Origin: Haliotis rufescens
Lineage: Eukaryota
Assembly (NCBI RefSeq): GCF_023055435.1
Contig: NW_025963791.1
Span: 8,308,001 to 8,372,000 of the forward strand
DNA: 64,000 bases
Direction of reading: 5' to 3'
How positions within the stretch are numbered: the first letter of the stretch is position 1; every line of letters begins with the position of its first letter. The position numbers and the translations under genes are program-made. The notes under the pieces are model-generated. The model saw only the letters and a list, made by a program, of their open reading frames with translations. It was not told the origin of the DNA and did no database searches. Positions 1 through 12,324 of the stretch are shown here, piece after piece.

Positions 1-900
1 ACATTGTCAACTTAATCTTAAACATTTTGGTATTTTTTGTGCTTGCCAACTTCACCCACTAACCCATGTGAGCTGCATCTAAATTAAAGATATTCTGCAT
101 TTTCTTATATTTACATCAGTTTAATAATTTTCTCTGCATATTTGCATTTTAAAATATCTATAATATTTGCATTTGCTAGAAACATCAACAGTAGATCTCC
201 ATGTTTGAAAGTACATGTCAAAATGCGTCTGCCTTATTTTCGATATGAACATGGCATGATTCTCAAAGAAACATTGGTTGTCCCAGATGTAACCATAGTA
301 ACTATTTAACATGGTATGCCCAATTCTTTCATACCATAACGTCAGAGTAAACAGACAGATGTAATCTGAAGGTCTTCAAAATATTAATAGGTGTATCCAG
401 TAAGTAGGTATGGTAATGAAGTTGTGTTTTACATAAACAAAATACTGGTTTATCAAAAATATTTACAGTTGCAACACATTCATAAAACCCTTTACACTCT
501 TAAGATACAATAAAACATCTTTTGAAAAATGTATCTTCAATTTTCTTTATCTAGTTTAAATGGTTTGATTTTAACAGTAATAGTGAGAAGTATATTTATA
601 TCATACATATTTAAATATGCCTACATAAATAAATCTATGTTTATAGGTTTGTTCTATGTTGTGTTGAATAGGCAATAGATATGATATACCCTAATAGATT
701 GTAAACTTTGATATTTGCAGAAAAGGGATTATTAAAAAATAGATCTACATTCACATTGAAGGCTATGAATGTTCTAATTTATTTCAATATGATATTTGAC
801 TTTCTCACATGACATCATACAAATCAATATAGATTTTATCACAAATATAAATTAATAACCTGAAAGATTAAACAACCGAAAAAATAATCAATCTATGTAC
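1..900 (-). mobile_element. Decayed non-LTR retrotransposon (CR1/L2-group LINE) ORF2 3' region
   Basis: ORF 121-312 (GYIWDNQ...IRQTHFDMYFQTWRSTVDVSSKCKYYRYFK...ENY), followed by broken frames reading CSSHGLVGEVGK, matches the post-RT C-terminal pattern of invertebrate CR1/L2-group ORF2. Many stops and frameshifts; right boundary approximate. Confidence 0.6.
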
Positions 901-1792
901 ATATCGGTGGTTTTGGTGAATATTAAACATAACAGATGATGTGTTCTTTGAAATTGTTCATATTTATATGAGAGAGTGAGTGTGTGAGTTCAGTAATATC
1001 CGTATCATGGTGTGTAATCTTAATGTTAGAGGAAATGAGTCAAACCCAAAAGCTCATGTATGGTGCTGACAAACCAAGCATTATTATCAAGGGGAATGCT
1101 GATAATTTGATCCTGGCATAACAAAGGGACACAACTCTGTACAGCTAATTGCAGCATCCCCTAGAGAATATCCAAAACTGTGTTCATGAACACATGGATA
1201 GTGAACAATAACTATGAATCGAAGCCTGCCCACAATAGATCTTAGCACTAGGACTCCCATGCTTCAACGGTCCTTGTGCTAGGATGGAGCCCTGTCTCAT
1301 ACCACTGGGATCATCCATAAACCATTATTTTATGTCGCTTTTATTTCCGCTGCATATCAGTAGGAAACTTGTGAAACTGCTTGAGTGTCATTAATACTGG
1401 CTGGGAGAGGACGAGCTGGTGATACTGACATCAAAACAAGTTTAAAACTGTATGTTTGAGAGTTTATGTGAAGTTAACTATGAGATTGAAGTTAACCGTT
1501 ACATGGCAGGAGAACTTCTGTGCGGCCTTAGGCAACAACCAATCCTTACATTTTTATGCAAATTGTGTGAGAGTCAAGTTTACCCCTTTTCGCGAACACC
1601 TGGTGTCATCACTGATTTTCAGTGATCCATTCACATAATTTTCACCCTATTTTGCCTTTTACACCCAACGGAATCCATTTTGGCAGATAATCGACACTGG
1701 CTATTCTCTGGCATTGACATTTTCTATACATGTTTTACATCCGCGTAAACAATTTATAAATATAAAACCATTTCAGAAGTCAATATATTTAC

Positions 1793-1843
1793 CTGTTGTG
1801 GATTTCACAATCTAAGTCTGGGATAAGGTATATTTGCCATCTT
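1793..1843 (-). CDS. Candidate internal exon (RWQIYLIPDLDCEIHN), unidentified gene
   Basis: Acceptor ttttcttgtgttaag, donor CAG|gtaaat; 51 nt; only the phase-2 frame is open and it joins in phase to 1990-2049. Confidence 0.3.
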
Positions 1844-1989
1844 CTTAACACAAGAAAATTAGATATGTGAATGTTTGTCATATCGGTGCCACCTGTATGA
1901 TTTTCGCATACAGTCCAGTGATAATTTATTCCTCCACATTTCCATTATCTTTTTTAAAAAGATAACTGAGTGGGTTTTTTTCCACTTAC

Positions 1990-2049
1990 GTGCACTCATG
2001 TACCCACAACAACCTCAGGTTATGTAGGCTTCTAGATGTATACATATAT
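1990..2049 (-). CDS. Candidate internal exon (YMYTSRSLHNLRLLWVHECT), unidentified gene
   Basis: Acceptor ttttttatatatgctttcag, donor |gtaagt; 60 nt; only the phase-2 frame is open. Confidence 0.35.
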
Positions 2050-2898
2050 CTGAAAGCATATATAAAAAATATATGCATGTCATTTAACATGGCCTACAGA
2101 TCTCAAAGCCATCATGACTCAAACAGCAGAGCTGATCATGATGGATGGAGCAAGGAGTAGCGATACACAAACTTCTTTATTCATGTTCTTGGCTTCTTTC
2201 ATGCTATTTTTTATCCATAAGGATGGTCCAATTGATATGTTTGTTTCTCTGACAAACCTATACTAAAAATTGCAAATGTGAAAACATATATTGCAGTTAA
2301 AGCTAAAATAAATCTTGTTTGTTAAAACCCTAAATTTAATCATTTTGAGGATAAACAACTCAAATTAATCCTGACAATTATTTTTTAATTTCAGCTTTTT
2401 TTTCATGTTAATGTAGCAAATGAAGATGAGAAATAAAACTGATTAACTGAAACTTCTTTCTTGCCTATGATTGTTTTCTTTTACTTGACAATCTACTTTG
2501 GTGTTATAAAAACTGAAAAAAGCCAAATGTATTCGATTGAAAAGATGCTTATCCTAAGCGCCAACTTGTTTGTGGTTTTAATTTTAATTAATCACTTTTT
2601 CAGGAAATTAAACAAGTATTCTATATAAGCAACAAGCATTATCAAACATCAGTCAGAATTCTTATGTCCTTAATGGAAGATTTTCAAGCTATACACTTTA
2701 CACTTAAAAAAATTATTTGACAGAAATATTAAACATTGTCCAAACGTTTATAGGATGAAAACAGTCACCGAAACACTGCAAACTTAAAGGCCAAAACACA
2801 ACTATGATACTTGTATCAAATACACCATTGAATAATCCTTTCTTGTTTGTTTTATCAAACATGGGTGTATACTTTCTTTTGCGCAGCAGTTTCGATAT

Positions 2899-3227
2899 TA
2901 CCGTATTCGACGTAATAAGCACCCCGCTCTAATAAGCACCCACAGCGATATTTGCTGGTATAATGGCTAGTGACCAAGCCCAAGTTGTATCCCTTCCGAC
3001 TGATCAATGTACACAAGACTTATTTATTCGCGTATAATACACTCTTGTGTTATATGCACCCTTATTTATGGGCAATTAAAATCTGGTAAAATATATCTGT
3101 CATACATAAACATTTCAGGCTGTCAGCATAAACAACAAAATTTATCTTTCGATTATGTTTTTTTCCACCAAATAAGAGCCCCCTATTTCTAATTTTGCCC
3201 CCGGCGCTTATTACGTCGAATACGGTA
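2899..3227. mobile_element. MITE, Tc1/mariner-pogo type (CCGTA termini, TA target site)
   Basis: Perfect inverted ends TACCGTATTCGACGTAATAAGC / GCTTATTACGTCGAATACGGTA; internal AATAAGCACCC sub-repeats. Confidence 0.85.
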
Positions 3228-3837
3228 TATGGATTATAGGGAAATCAATAAAACAAAGTATGAAAATGGTGTGCCCTGAACAGTTTTTAAATAGCGTGAA
3301 AACGAGCTGTGAATAAGTGAAATTGCATAGTTCTCAACACATTTCATTTTTATCGTTTGTATGATTAATTCTTCATGTTGATTTTGTCCATCATTTATGT
3401 GTGAAACTGCAGTTTGTCTGCATGAGGGAAAAGATGAAATTGTAGATAAAGTATTACATACTGAATATGTCTGCAAATGAAAAACAGTTTAAAGACAGAC
3501 ACATTTTGTGCCACAGTTTTGAGTTGTTTGTCAAACTAAATGCAGGAAATGCATGTCAGAAATTCAACAATTATCACATATGAATCAATGTTTTTTCATA
3601 ATGGCTGCGTACATTTTATCTGTTATCATGAGCACTCATTAAAGGATATTCCTCTACAAATCAGCTGATGATGTATGCATGGGTAAAGTCTCGACAGATG
3701 TACGAGAACATTGTAAACATAGGATTCCTGTACAGCTAAGGGTGTATTTTCACAACAGATTTCATATGGCTGGTGATGATAGTTCTTATCTGAGAAAGCC
3801 AACAGGACCAAATTTGAAAAACAAAAGTATTATCATC

Positions 3838-4080
3838 TAGTTTAAATGAGTTAGCACTTCTTAAAGTTGTGTGTCTTGATAGTAAGTCATTTAAATGAGA
3901 AAATAAGTTGTTTAAATGAGATAGTGGCTTAAGCGAGATAGAAGGTAGTTTAAATGAGATAGTAGGTCGTTTAAATGAGATAGTAGGTCGTTTAAATGAG
4001 AAACTATAAATCCCAAATAATTTAACGAGTTAATAAGTCATTTAAAAGTGATAGTAAGTTATGTCATTTAAATAAGATAC
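3838..4080. repeat. Degenerate ~21-bp minisatellite (TTTAAATGAGATAGTAGGTCG)
   Basis: Repeated tttaaatgag core with two exact adjacent units. Confidence 0.75.
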
Positions 4081-4301
4081 TGACTGCAGAAAATAAATAG
4101 AAATTGATTTTCTTTTTGTCTTTTGTGCTGAAGAAATGGCTAAAGGATATCAAGTCTATTGATGTATGGTAGGAATATGGCACCAGCATGATGCCAGCAT
4201 GACACAAGCATGACACTAGTATCTAACAAGCATGACACCATCATGACACTAGTATATGACACCAGCTTGACGTCAGGATATAGGATTATGTGACAACTTA
4301 C

Positions 4302-4368
4302 CTTGAGGACACTTGTGCCAAGGGACAGGCTTATGTTGAAAATCAATTTCAAATTCATATTTTGGGGT
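4302..4368 (-). CDS. Candidate internal exon (TPKYEFEIDFQHKPVPWHKCPQ), unidentified gene
   Basis: Strong acceptor ttctttttcatttcag and consensus donor AAG|gtaagt; 67 nt, open from phase 0. Confidence 0.5.
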
Positions 4369-4500
4369 CTGAAATGAAAAAGAATCATATATGAATCGGG
4401 AACATCCAATACATAATGATTCACATAGAACTGAATCAAGGTAGTCACATTTTATGTGTTGGTCATCATGTGTCAAATTTAGTTACCTGTTTGAATTAAG

Positions 4501-4781
4501 TGAGTGAGTGAGTGAGTTGGAGTTAACGCTGTATTAACAGTATTACAGTTATATCGCAGCATGTCAGTTTAATGTGGGAGGACAGCCCCAAGTGATGCAG
4601 GTCTCAGACATTTACCACTTCGGTGAAACCCACAAGCACGAGTATGGTGTTGACAAACCTAGAAACATAATCAGGGCAATCCGGGATTCGAACCCACAAC
4701 CATAGGTTTCTTGGGTGCCCAAGGGACGCAACTCTGCACAGCAAATCGCGGCGCCTTAGACGACTGGGCCACCCGTGCCCC
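4501..4781 (-). mobile_element. SINE family B (tRNA-Leu-like head, V-domain-like body, (ACTC)n tail), full length
   Basis: A box TGGCCCAGTCG, B box GGTTCGAATCC; 13-bp TSD TGTTTGAATTAAG at 4488-4500 and 4782-4794. Confidence 0.9.
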
Positions 4782-6538
4782 TGTTTGAATTAAGATTACC
4801 AAGATTGGAAAATAATATTCTATACTGGATTAGTAGCTTTTTCCATTTCATAATTCATTTTAATATTTACACGGATCTGCAGACCCCAAAAGTCAGGAGA
4901 GAAATTGAAAAAAATTAATCTAAAGCTTTTTTGGGTTAACTTGGAACCTGAAAAGAATGCTTATATATAAAAATATCACACCTTCTTTGACTGCCGTACT
5001 GAGATATTTGGTCTGTTTGTTTGTTGTTTGATGTCACACTCAGAAATATTCATTTACATGACGGGGGTCAGCAAATAATTGAGTTTGCATCAGACAGTCC
5101 ATGTCCAGTGATTGACATTATCAGCATTGGTCTATTTAATTGGGATACAATGACATGCATCAACCACGTCACGGAGCCTGACCACTCAATCCCCATATTC
5201 CTCTGCATCAGTATTCCAACAGTGTGTGGCTTGGTTCCCAAGGAAAACAAATTACAATCTTTATCATTTCTGTCATATTTCACAAAAATGCCAATAGGAA
5301 AATAGATATTTATTTATAAAAAAGAAAATCTCATCATACTGACCCTATTTTCTTACAATTACAAATAAAATAGTTGAAAAGTATAATTTAGTTTATATAT
5401 TAAAGGTTTTAAGAAAATAAAACAGCAAACCACCTTATAAAAAAAGACCCAAGAAACAAAATAAACCACACCTAAGAATATTGAATAGAACGGAAGTTGC
5501 ACTGGAGTCAAGGCAAATAAACGGACTACATGATATTGCTAAATAATTGTCTAGTAATTAAATAAAGGGATATAAGTTAAACACAACCCATTTGGTCTTA
5601 AAAATTAGGTATGTCAAGTCCATACATGCAACACAATTCAAGGTAATGTAAACAGGAGCAAAGATTTAAAATTGGAACTGGAATGAAAACACCCAAAAGT
5701 GAACATATGATAATTTTCCCCCTGGATTCTAAAAATTAGAGTCCTGTGACATAAGTATGATTTTTAGAGAGCTGAAGAATATGACGAATGGTGGTTTGAT
5801 TCTGGCTATTATAATGCGTCTTCATTCACAGAATCGTTGCTGATTTCAACAGACTGGTCTAGACCTGATAGACAAACAATTAATGGAATGAGATGGAATA
5901 TTTTTGGCTGTGGCCACAAACAAATTCACTCCATATTTCTGTCTCACTAGATTATTATGCTATTACAGAACTTGTTGACAGTTGCGAGCCTATCCGATCG
6001 AACGCAGCAAGTATCATCGATATAAAACAAATGTGTGTTGGCTCCTCAGAAAATAGTTATTTGGAATTATGATTGTCTACCGAGTTTGACCTGAGTTTAC
6101 GAATCTACGTAGACATTGATCAATCTACATTTGTCATAGCGATCGTAAGTCAAACGGTCCTGTCACAGTTTTAGCTCGATCGTTTAACAGTTGACCTCCT
6201 CAAGTAGGTGGCTGTTTCTCGGTATTGACCCGAACGACGAAGAACCTTTCGTAAATCATTGTTGTAATATATTTGTTCACGGTATCACTGTGCACGTGGA
6301 AATATTAACATTCCCAGTCAAGGGATCGAGGAATGACAAGGGTCTTCGCAAAAACAATTTGTAGTTTACAGTTTACATTTTACTGGTCATGGACTGGTGG
6401 ATCTGCATTGTTGCGAAATCGTAACTAAACTGCCATACCCATGTTTGAAGGTGGCTAATATGAAACAAACAAGAAATGGTTACTCGAAGATGATGTATTT
6501 GATACGGGTTTTATAGGCGATATTACATCATATCAATG

Positions 6539-6806
6539 GACCCGTGAAGATTCCGGGATAGAATAGGTCTTCAGCAATCCATACTTGCCGTAAAAGGCGA
6601 CTATGCTTGTCGTAAAAGGCGACTAACGGGATTGGGTGATCAGGCATGGTGACTTGATTGATACATGTCATCGATCCAAATTGCGTGGATCGATGCTCAT
6701 GGTGTCAATCACGGGATTGTCTGGTCCAGACTCGTTTATTTTACAGACCGCCGTCACATAGGTTGAATATTGCTGAGTGCGACGTTAAACAACAAACAAA
6801 CAAACA
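6539..6806 (+). mobile_element. SINE family C (no tRNA head, (CAAA)n tail), full length
   Basis: GACCCGTGAAGAT...GTCGTAAAAGGCGACTAACGGG...GCTGAGTGCGACGTTAAACAACAAAC. More than 20 full or partial copies in the window. Confidence 0.9.
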
Positions 6807-7003
6807 ACGTCATATCAACGAGTATCTCACAATATCTGACGTGCACATGACGATTCATGGGCAATGGGGGTCGCAATTTCACCGCACACTTCTTTTGCCC
6901 GTATGTAGTGCCCACTTGTGCCAATCTCCAACAACCCATGGGGATATCTGCTTAGAATAGGTCCCTATCCACCTATGTTGGTCGTCAGAGGCGGTTTTAT
7001 TTA

Positions 7004-7340
7004 GACCGCCTTCGTGGTCTAGTGGTAGAGCGTCCGCCCGGAGAGCTGAAGGTCCGGGGTTCGATCCCCGGCCACGTCATACCAAAGACGCTAAAAGATG
7101 GAACTTGTTGTTACCCTGTCTGGCGCTCGGCATTAAGGGGCTAAACGTCCGAGGTGTATTCATGTTTAACTGCGGCATGGTATCCCAGTGGGCTAGCATA
7201 TAGTGGACTATAAATCGGCATCAGTCCGGACTAGTACAAGCAGCCACACACACACACACACACACACACTATCGCTATATAAGTGCAATAACCTTGGACG
7301 TGACGTTAAACCCAATTTCACCTCACCTCACCTCACCTCA
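7004..7340 (+). mobile_element. SINE family D (tRNA head, (CACCT)n tail) nested in an old family-C copy (6934-7521)
   Basis: A box TGGTCTAGTGG, B box GGTTCGATCCC. Body GTCATACCAAAGAC...GGCGCTCGGCATTAAG resembles SlmI/MESC-type SINEs (from memory, unverified). Confidence 0.9.
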
Positions 7341-8157
7341 GAGGAGATTTAATAGATTTGGTTTGGGCTAGCTGGGTTAATACATGTCATAGTATCCCAA
7401 CTGCGTGGATCTATGCGCATGATATCAACTACTGGATTGTCTGGTCCAGATAAGATTATTTACAGACCGCCGTCATATAGCTGGAATATTGCCGACTGCG
7501 TTGTTAAAATCAAACAAACAAATATGATAGAAGTCAAGATGCGTATCATAGGATGGAAGGTGATATATCTAAATATCAGTGAAAACAATAACACCTAGTC
7601 GTCATCGTTGAACAAAGACAGGGAGTCACATTTATTTCCGTTGTGTAACCTGCTGAGAATATCTGCTAAATAACCATGTCGTGGGCAACATTGTTTATTG
7701 CAAGCTAGCGACGTCAAGTGCGGGTGTATTTCAGATATCCTAGGAACTAGAAAGTTCACGGCCTAAGATTTGCATTGCAGAGGAAATGAATTGTCATCAA
7801 ATACAAAAATTTATAACATTGACGTTTTTCGATAAGAAAAACAGTTAATGATACCCATGAGTTATTGGTTATTGAGGTTATAAAGTAGTTTGAGGGTCGG
7901 ATTAGGCACTTCTTTCTACAATGAAGTGTCCAGCTGGGGTATAAATCTCATATACTGTAAACTTGGGTGGACATTTCTACAACATCCTTTGGTTTACAAT
8001 ACCGACCTTAAAAGGGACATTTATTAATTACTTGGTTTTAGGTCAGCGAATGTTCAAACTTTCAAGCACTGTTTAGAAACGACATTTAAAGTTAAATTTC
8101 GTTTTTGCACCCGATTTCAACTTTTCGCACCTGCCATGCCATTGATACGGTGTGTGA

Positions 8158-8319
8158 GTGAGTGAGTGAGTGAGTATGGTTTTACGCCGCTTTTAGCAAT
8201 ATTCCAGCAATATCACGGCGGGGGTCACCAGAAATGGGCTTCACACATTGTACCCATGCCGGGAATCGAACCCGGGTCTTCGGCGTGACGAGCGAACGCT
8301 TTAACCACTAGGCTACCCG
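8158..8319 (-). mobile_element. SINE family A (tRNA-Asp-like head, ~165 bp, (ACTC)n tail)
   Basis: Head TAGCCTAGTGGTTAAAGCGTTCGCTCGTCACGCCGAAGACCCGGGTTCGATTCCC; 14-bp TSD GATACGGTGTGTGA at 8144-8157 and 8320-8333. Confidence 0.9.
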
Positions 8320-10205
8320 GATACGGTGTGTGATTCGCAAGGGCACTGTGTGGTCACTGGTGCCTCAGACCTGTCTCTTCATACACCGAGCCGCGGGGGT
8401 GTAATCAAAAGAGACACTAGGTACATTTAAATTCTCTTATAGATTTGTAACCTTCTAAAACCTAGTTACATAATCTCTCACCACCACCCCACCCCAACCA
8501 CCCCGTATCCAGTACGTTTTGAAAAGTTTTGGTCTTAGGGATCTGCCGACTCAACATTTCGCAAACATGAAATCAAAACAAAATTTTCAGAACAGAACTA
8601 ATTTCAGTAATTAAAAAACTCAAAAGTTAGTCAAGATGGGAAGGTAAGTAAATCACTAACTTGTCTTCCAAAAATACCTTTTCTATTATATTTCTTCTAA
8701 AAGTACATCCAATAGACCACTTCACGTTTTGACATTTAAGCTTCAATTTTGTTTTTTAAGTTTATATTTTGAATATTATTAATTCGGCTATGACATAACA
8801 AGTTTGCAAAATAGTCTGTAAACCAATCAGTTATGAAAACGTCACAGTCTATTTCCACATCTCGGTGGTGTAAACAGAGGAAGTGTGGTCTAAATAGTAT
8901 GAATTAATATTCCAGTGTCACCAATCGTTATAATGACAATGGCTTGGTGACTTTCCTTCTGTAATAAAACGGTCATCGCAGTACTAAACTGATGGGAATA
9001 AATAATGAAACGTTTAGAATTTATTCCCGAATATAAAAGCTTCAAATTTTAAAAGTACGTCTATAGAATTAAATTTGCCATCAGGTGTCGACATGTCACC
9101 TTGCCAACACGATCTTATTTGTTTTACTTTCAGGTGCATTAGAAAGAATCGGATAGGCTCAGCGGAAAAGTCTAATATTGAAGTTTTGGAAATCATTGTA
9201 ATATTGGTACGAAAATTATCGGACTTGTTCAAATGAAATATACACTTGCAAATTTTGTATTTCTGACACGAAGAAATACTGAATATTGACTAAAAAGAGT
9301 AAAAAAAGACCGATTTTTACGAACTTCAAGATAAAATCTTTCTATGAGCAAGTTGTGTCCAAACATTACAGTTTTACAACATATTTGTGCTGTCTATTTC
9401 TACATCTTCAATTCAAAGACTTGCTCATGTTTAATGATTAGATATACGCTTCTTGAAAACCGAAAACTCAATCTTTTGGACACATGTTAGTATTACTCTG
9501 TACCGTTTGCGTTTATTCCACAACATCGAGGTGTTGAAATGAACACAGTCTTGTTCTAATATATCGAAATCACGTGTTTGTGATATGATTTGAATATTCA
9601 TGTTACCATTCAACAAGTAGGGCGAGCGTGTTCGCCAACAGCAGCATCAGGACAGAAGGCCAGATTCATACATGGAGTCGTTGTTCTGTTAAGTTTTGAT
9701 ACTGCCGAAAAATGTTCTTACCGCAAACATAACATAAATTATCCTGCGACAATAAAAGAAAAAACATAAATCCTTTTTACGTCTATTGATGTATATTATT
9801 ATGAATTTGCTGTCACTTCAAATGATATTTCCCGGCTTTTACAACGGCGGTAGTCATGAACATCAATGATATTAATGAAGTTGACGAATATTTTACTTGC
9901 ATTTATATAAACGTTATATACAGTCTTAATAAAATATGAAAGTCATGTTATAAGAATGTTAAAACCTTTTTTTGGACGATTTTAAGTTTATATGGCTACA
10001 GAGAGAAACGGTGTCATGTATTGGTATGAATTAAAGATGAACCCCAAAGAGATCCAGACATTATTCGGCAATGAATTCGACATTGGGTGGTATTTCTATT
10101 TATTTTATTGATTTATATACCGACGGTAAAACAAAGGGAACTGTTAATAAGGCAAACTTGTTTTGGTATATAAACAAATAATCGGATGGACCCCCAAGAG
10201 ACATT

Positions 10206-10326
10206 ACAATATCACGGCGGGGGGACACCAGAATTGGGCTTCACACATTGTACCCAAGTCGGGATTCGAACCTGGGTTTCAGCGTGACGAGCGAGCGCTT
10301 TAACCACTAGGCTACCCGACCGCCCC
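10206..10326 (-). mobile_element. SINE family A, tail missing
   Basis: Matches the 8158-8319 head and body. Confidence 0.8.
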
Positions 10327-10649
10327 TTATTCGACAATGACGTGAACAGATGAGATGTTATTTTCCCCTTTCCCCTGCATTTTCTGATTATATACTTACA
10401 TAAGAAACAAGAGAACGGTTATCAAGGTAAACGTGTATTGGTAAACACTTTCAGACCCCTAGGAGACTATTCGGCGATGTTTTGAACAAATGAAATATTA
10501 TTTTGTCAATATATAACCTTTTTGATTAACATAACAACAAACAATAATATGCAATAGCTGGAATATTGCTGAGTGCGGCGTTAAACGACAAACAAGACAA
10601 GATTTCTATGTGTTGCTTTATTTCTTTCCATCAGTATATACATTTCATT

Positions 10650-10925
10650 GTGAGTGAGTTGGGTGTAACGCCGCTTTTAACAGAATTCCAGTCATATCAC
10701 GGCGTGTCAGCTTAATGTGGGAGGAAAGCCCGAAGTGTTGCAGGTCTCAGACGTTTACCACTTCGGTGAAACCCACGAGCACGGGTATGGTGCTGACAAA
10801 CCTAGAAACATAATCGGGGCGGACCGGGATTCGAACCCACAATCATAGGTTTCTGGCGTGCCTAAGAGACGCAACTCTGCACAGCGAGTCGCGGCGCCTT
10901 AGACGACTGGGCCACCCGTGCCCCC
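10650..10925 (-). mobile_element. SINE family B, full length
   Basis: Near-identical to 47621-47908. Confidence 0.9.
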
Positions 10926-11694
10926 TTATATACATATCAACCGTGACGGGGAATAAAGAATGTTGAAATATGTGAAGCAGTTTCAATGACAGCTAGAGAG
11001 CAACAACCGCACAAAGAGTTTATGTGACAAATGTCATTACCAGGCCTATAACCGATCTAGGTAGAAAACAGCACAATGGTCAGTGATGCAGGTAGATAGC
11101 AGTAACTACGGGCGTGGTTCACAACGCCAAAGGAGTCGGCATCCAATTTCAAGACGTTGTCACCATGAGAAGAGTCACAGCTATCGCCTGATCTGTCACT
11201 TGTGACACGTACAGTCGAGGCTGAGACCTTGCTTAGAAATTCTTGTTTGCGGGCAATAAACATTTCCGTATTAAGTATCAAATTTATTGGAGGGTTTAAT
11301 TTTTAAGTTATGGGAACAATGACGAGACGGATAATTTAACTTTGATCAGCCGTTTGCAACGTTTTTACAATTTCTTTTATTCGGGTACAATGCGGCGAAA
11401 TGTAAACCCTCTTCGTACCTGCGGTGTATCTAAAAAGGAATGAACTTGATACCGGTCAGAGTGAACAGCTCTGGGAAGACCAGGAAGGACAACTGGAGAT
11501 GAGCCTCAACATAAGAAGTGTTATTTTTTTATTAAAGTTAATTCTGGTTTATCAAAACACCCAAGCCAAACAGGGACAGGGGGTTCCACGAAACTTGAGC
11601 ATCGAAATAAATAATTCAAATCCGTGATAATCATCACATACCATTTTTTAAATAAATCTTATTGGCTTGGCAAACATGTATGAAATACGTTTAG

Positions 11695-12005
11695 GCAGTA
11701 ACGTCGGTGTAAGCGTAACCTTTAAGTTATAACGTCGGTGTAGGTGTTGGGGTTTTAACGTTGACGGAGCTGTAGGGGTTCAACGTTGGGTGTATAACGT
11801 TGACGAAGGTCTAGAGGTAAAAAGCGTTGGGGTTATAACGTTGACTGAGCTGTAGGAGTTAAAACGTCGGTGTAGGCGTTGGGGTTATAACCATCATAAA
11901 GGTCTAGAGGTAAAAACATCGGCATAGGCGTTGGGGTTATAACGTTGACGAGCGGTCTAGAGGTAAAAACGTCGGTATAGGCGTTGGGATTATAACGTTG
12001 ACGTA
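11695..12005. repeat. Degenerate tandem array (GGGGTTATAACGTTGACG / AAAACGTCGGTGTAGGCGTT subunits)
   Basis: Subunits recur repeatedly in shuffled order. Confidence 0.75.
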
Positions 12006-12029
12006 GGTGTCGGGCGAGGTTTCTTTCTG

Positions 12030-12032
<3 letters not shown>

Positions 12033-12086
<54 letters not shown>

Positions 12087-12324
12087 CCCATTCGTCTTAA
12101 GCGCCGCAATGGGCACGCCAGAAACTTAAGATTGTAGGTTCGAATCCCGATTCCCACCGATTATGTTTCTAAGTTTGTCATCACCATACCCGTGCTCGTG
12201 GGTTTCACCAAAGTGGTAAACGTCTAAGACCTGCATCACTTTTGGTTTTCTTCCCACATCTAGCTGACACGCCGGATACTGGAATACTGTTAAAAGCGGT
12301 GTTAAACCCAACTCACTCACTCAC
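12033..12324 (+). mobile_element. SINE family B with internal head deletion and a 5' (TG)n tract
   Basis: (TG)n 12034-12085, head remnant, body and tail, all between 8-bp direct repeats TTCTGGAC (12025-12032, 12325-12332). Confidence 0.8.

Noticed and set aside
1990-2049. Dynein heavy chain, suggested by LRLLWVHEC
   Set aside because: The expected following RVFxDRL is absent from adjacent candidate exons.
2097-2257. Multi-UGA selenoprotein exon (five in-frame TGA on the - strand)
   Set aside because: Also contains TAA, shows no selenoprotein motif, and no SECIS was seen; chance or CGA-to-TGA decay is more likely.
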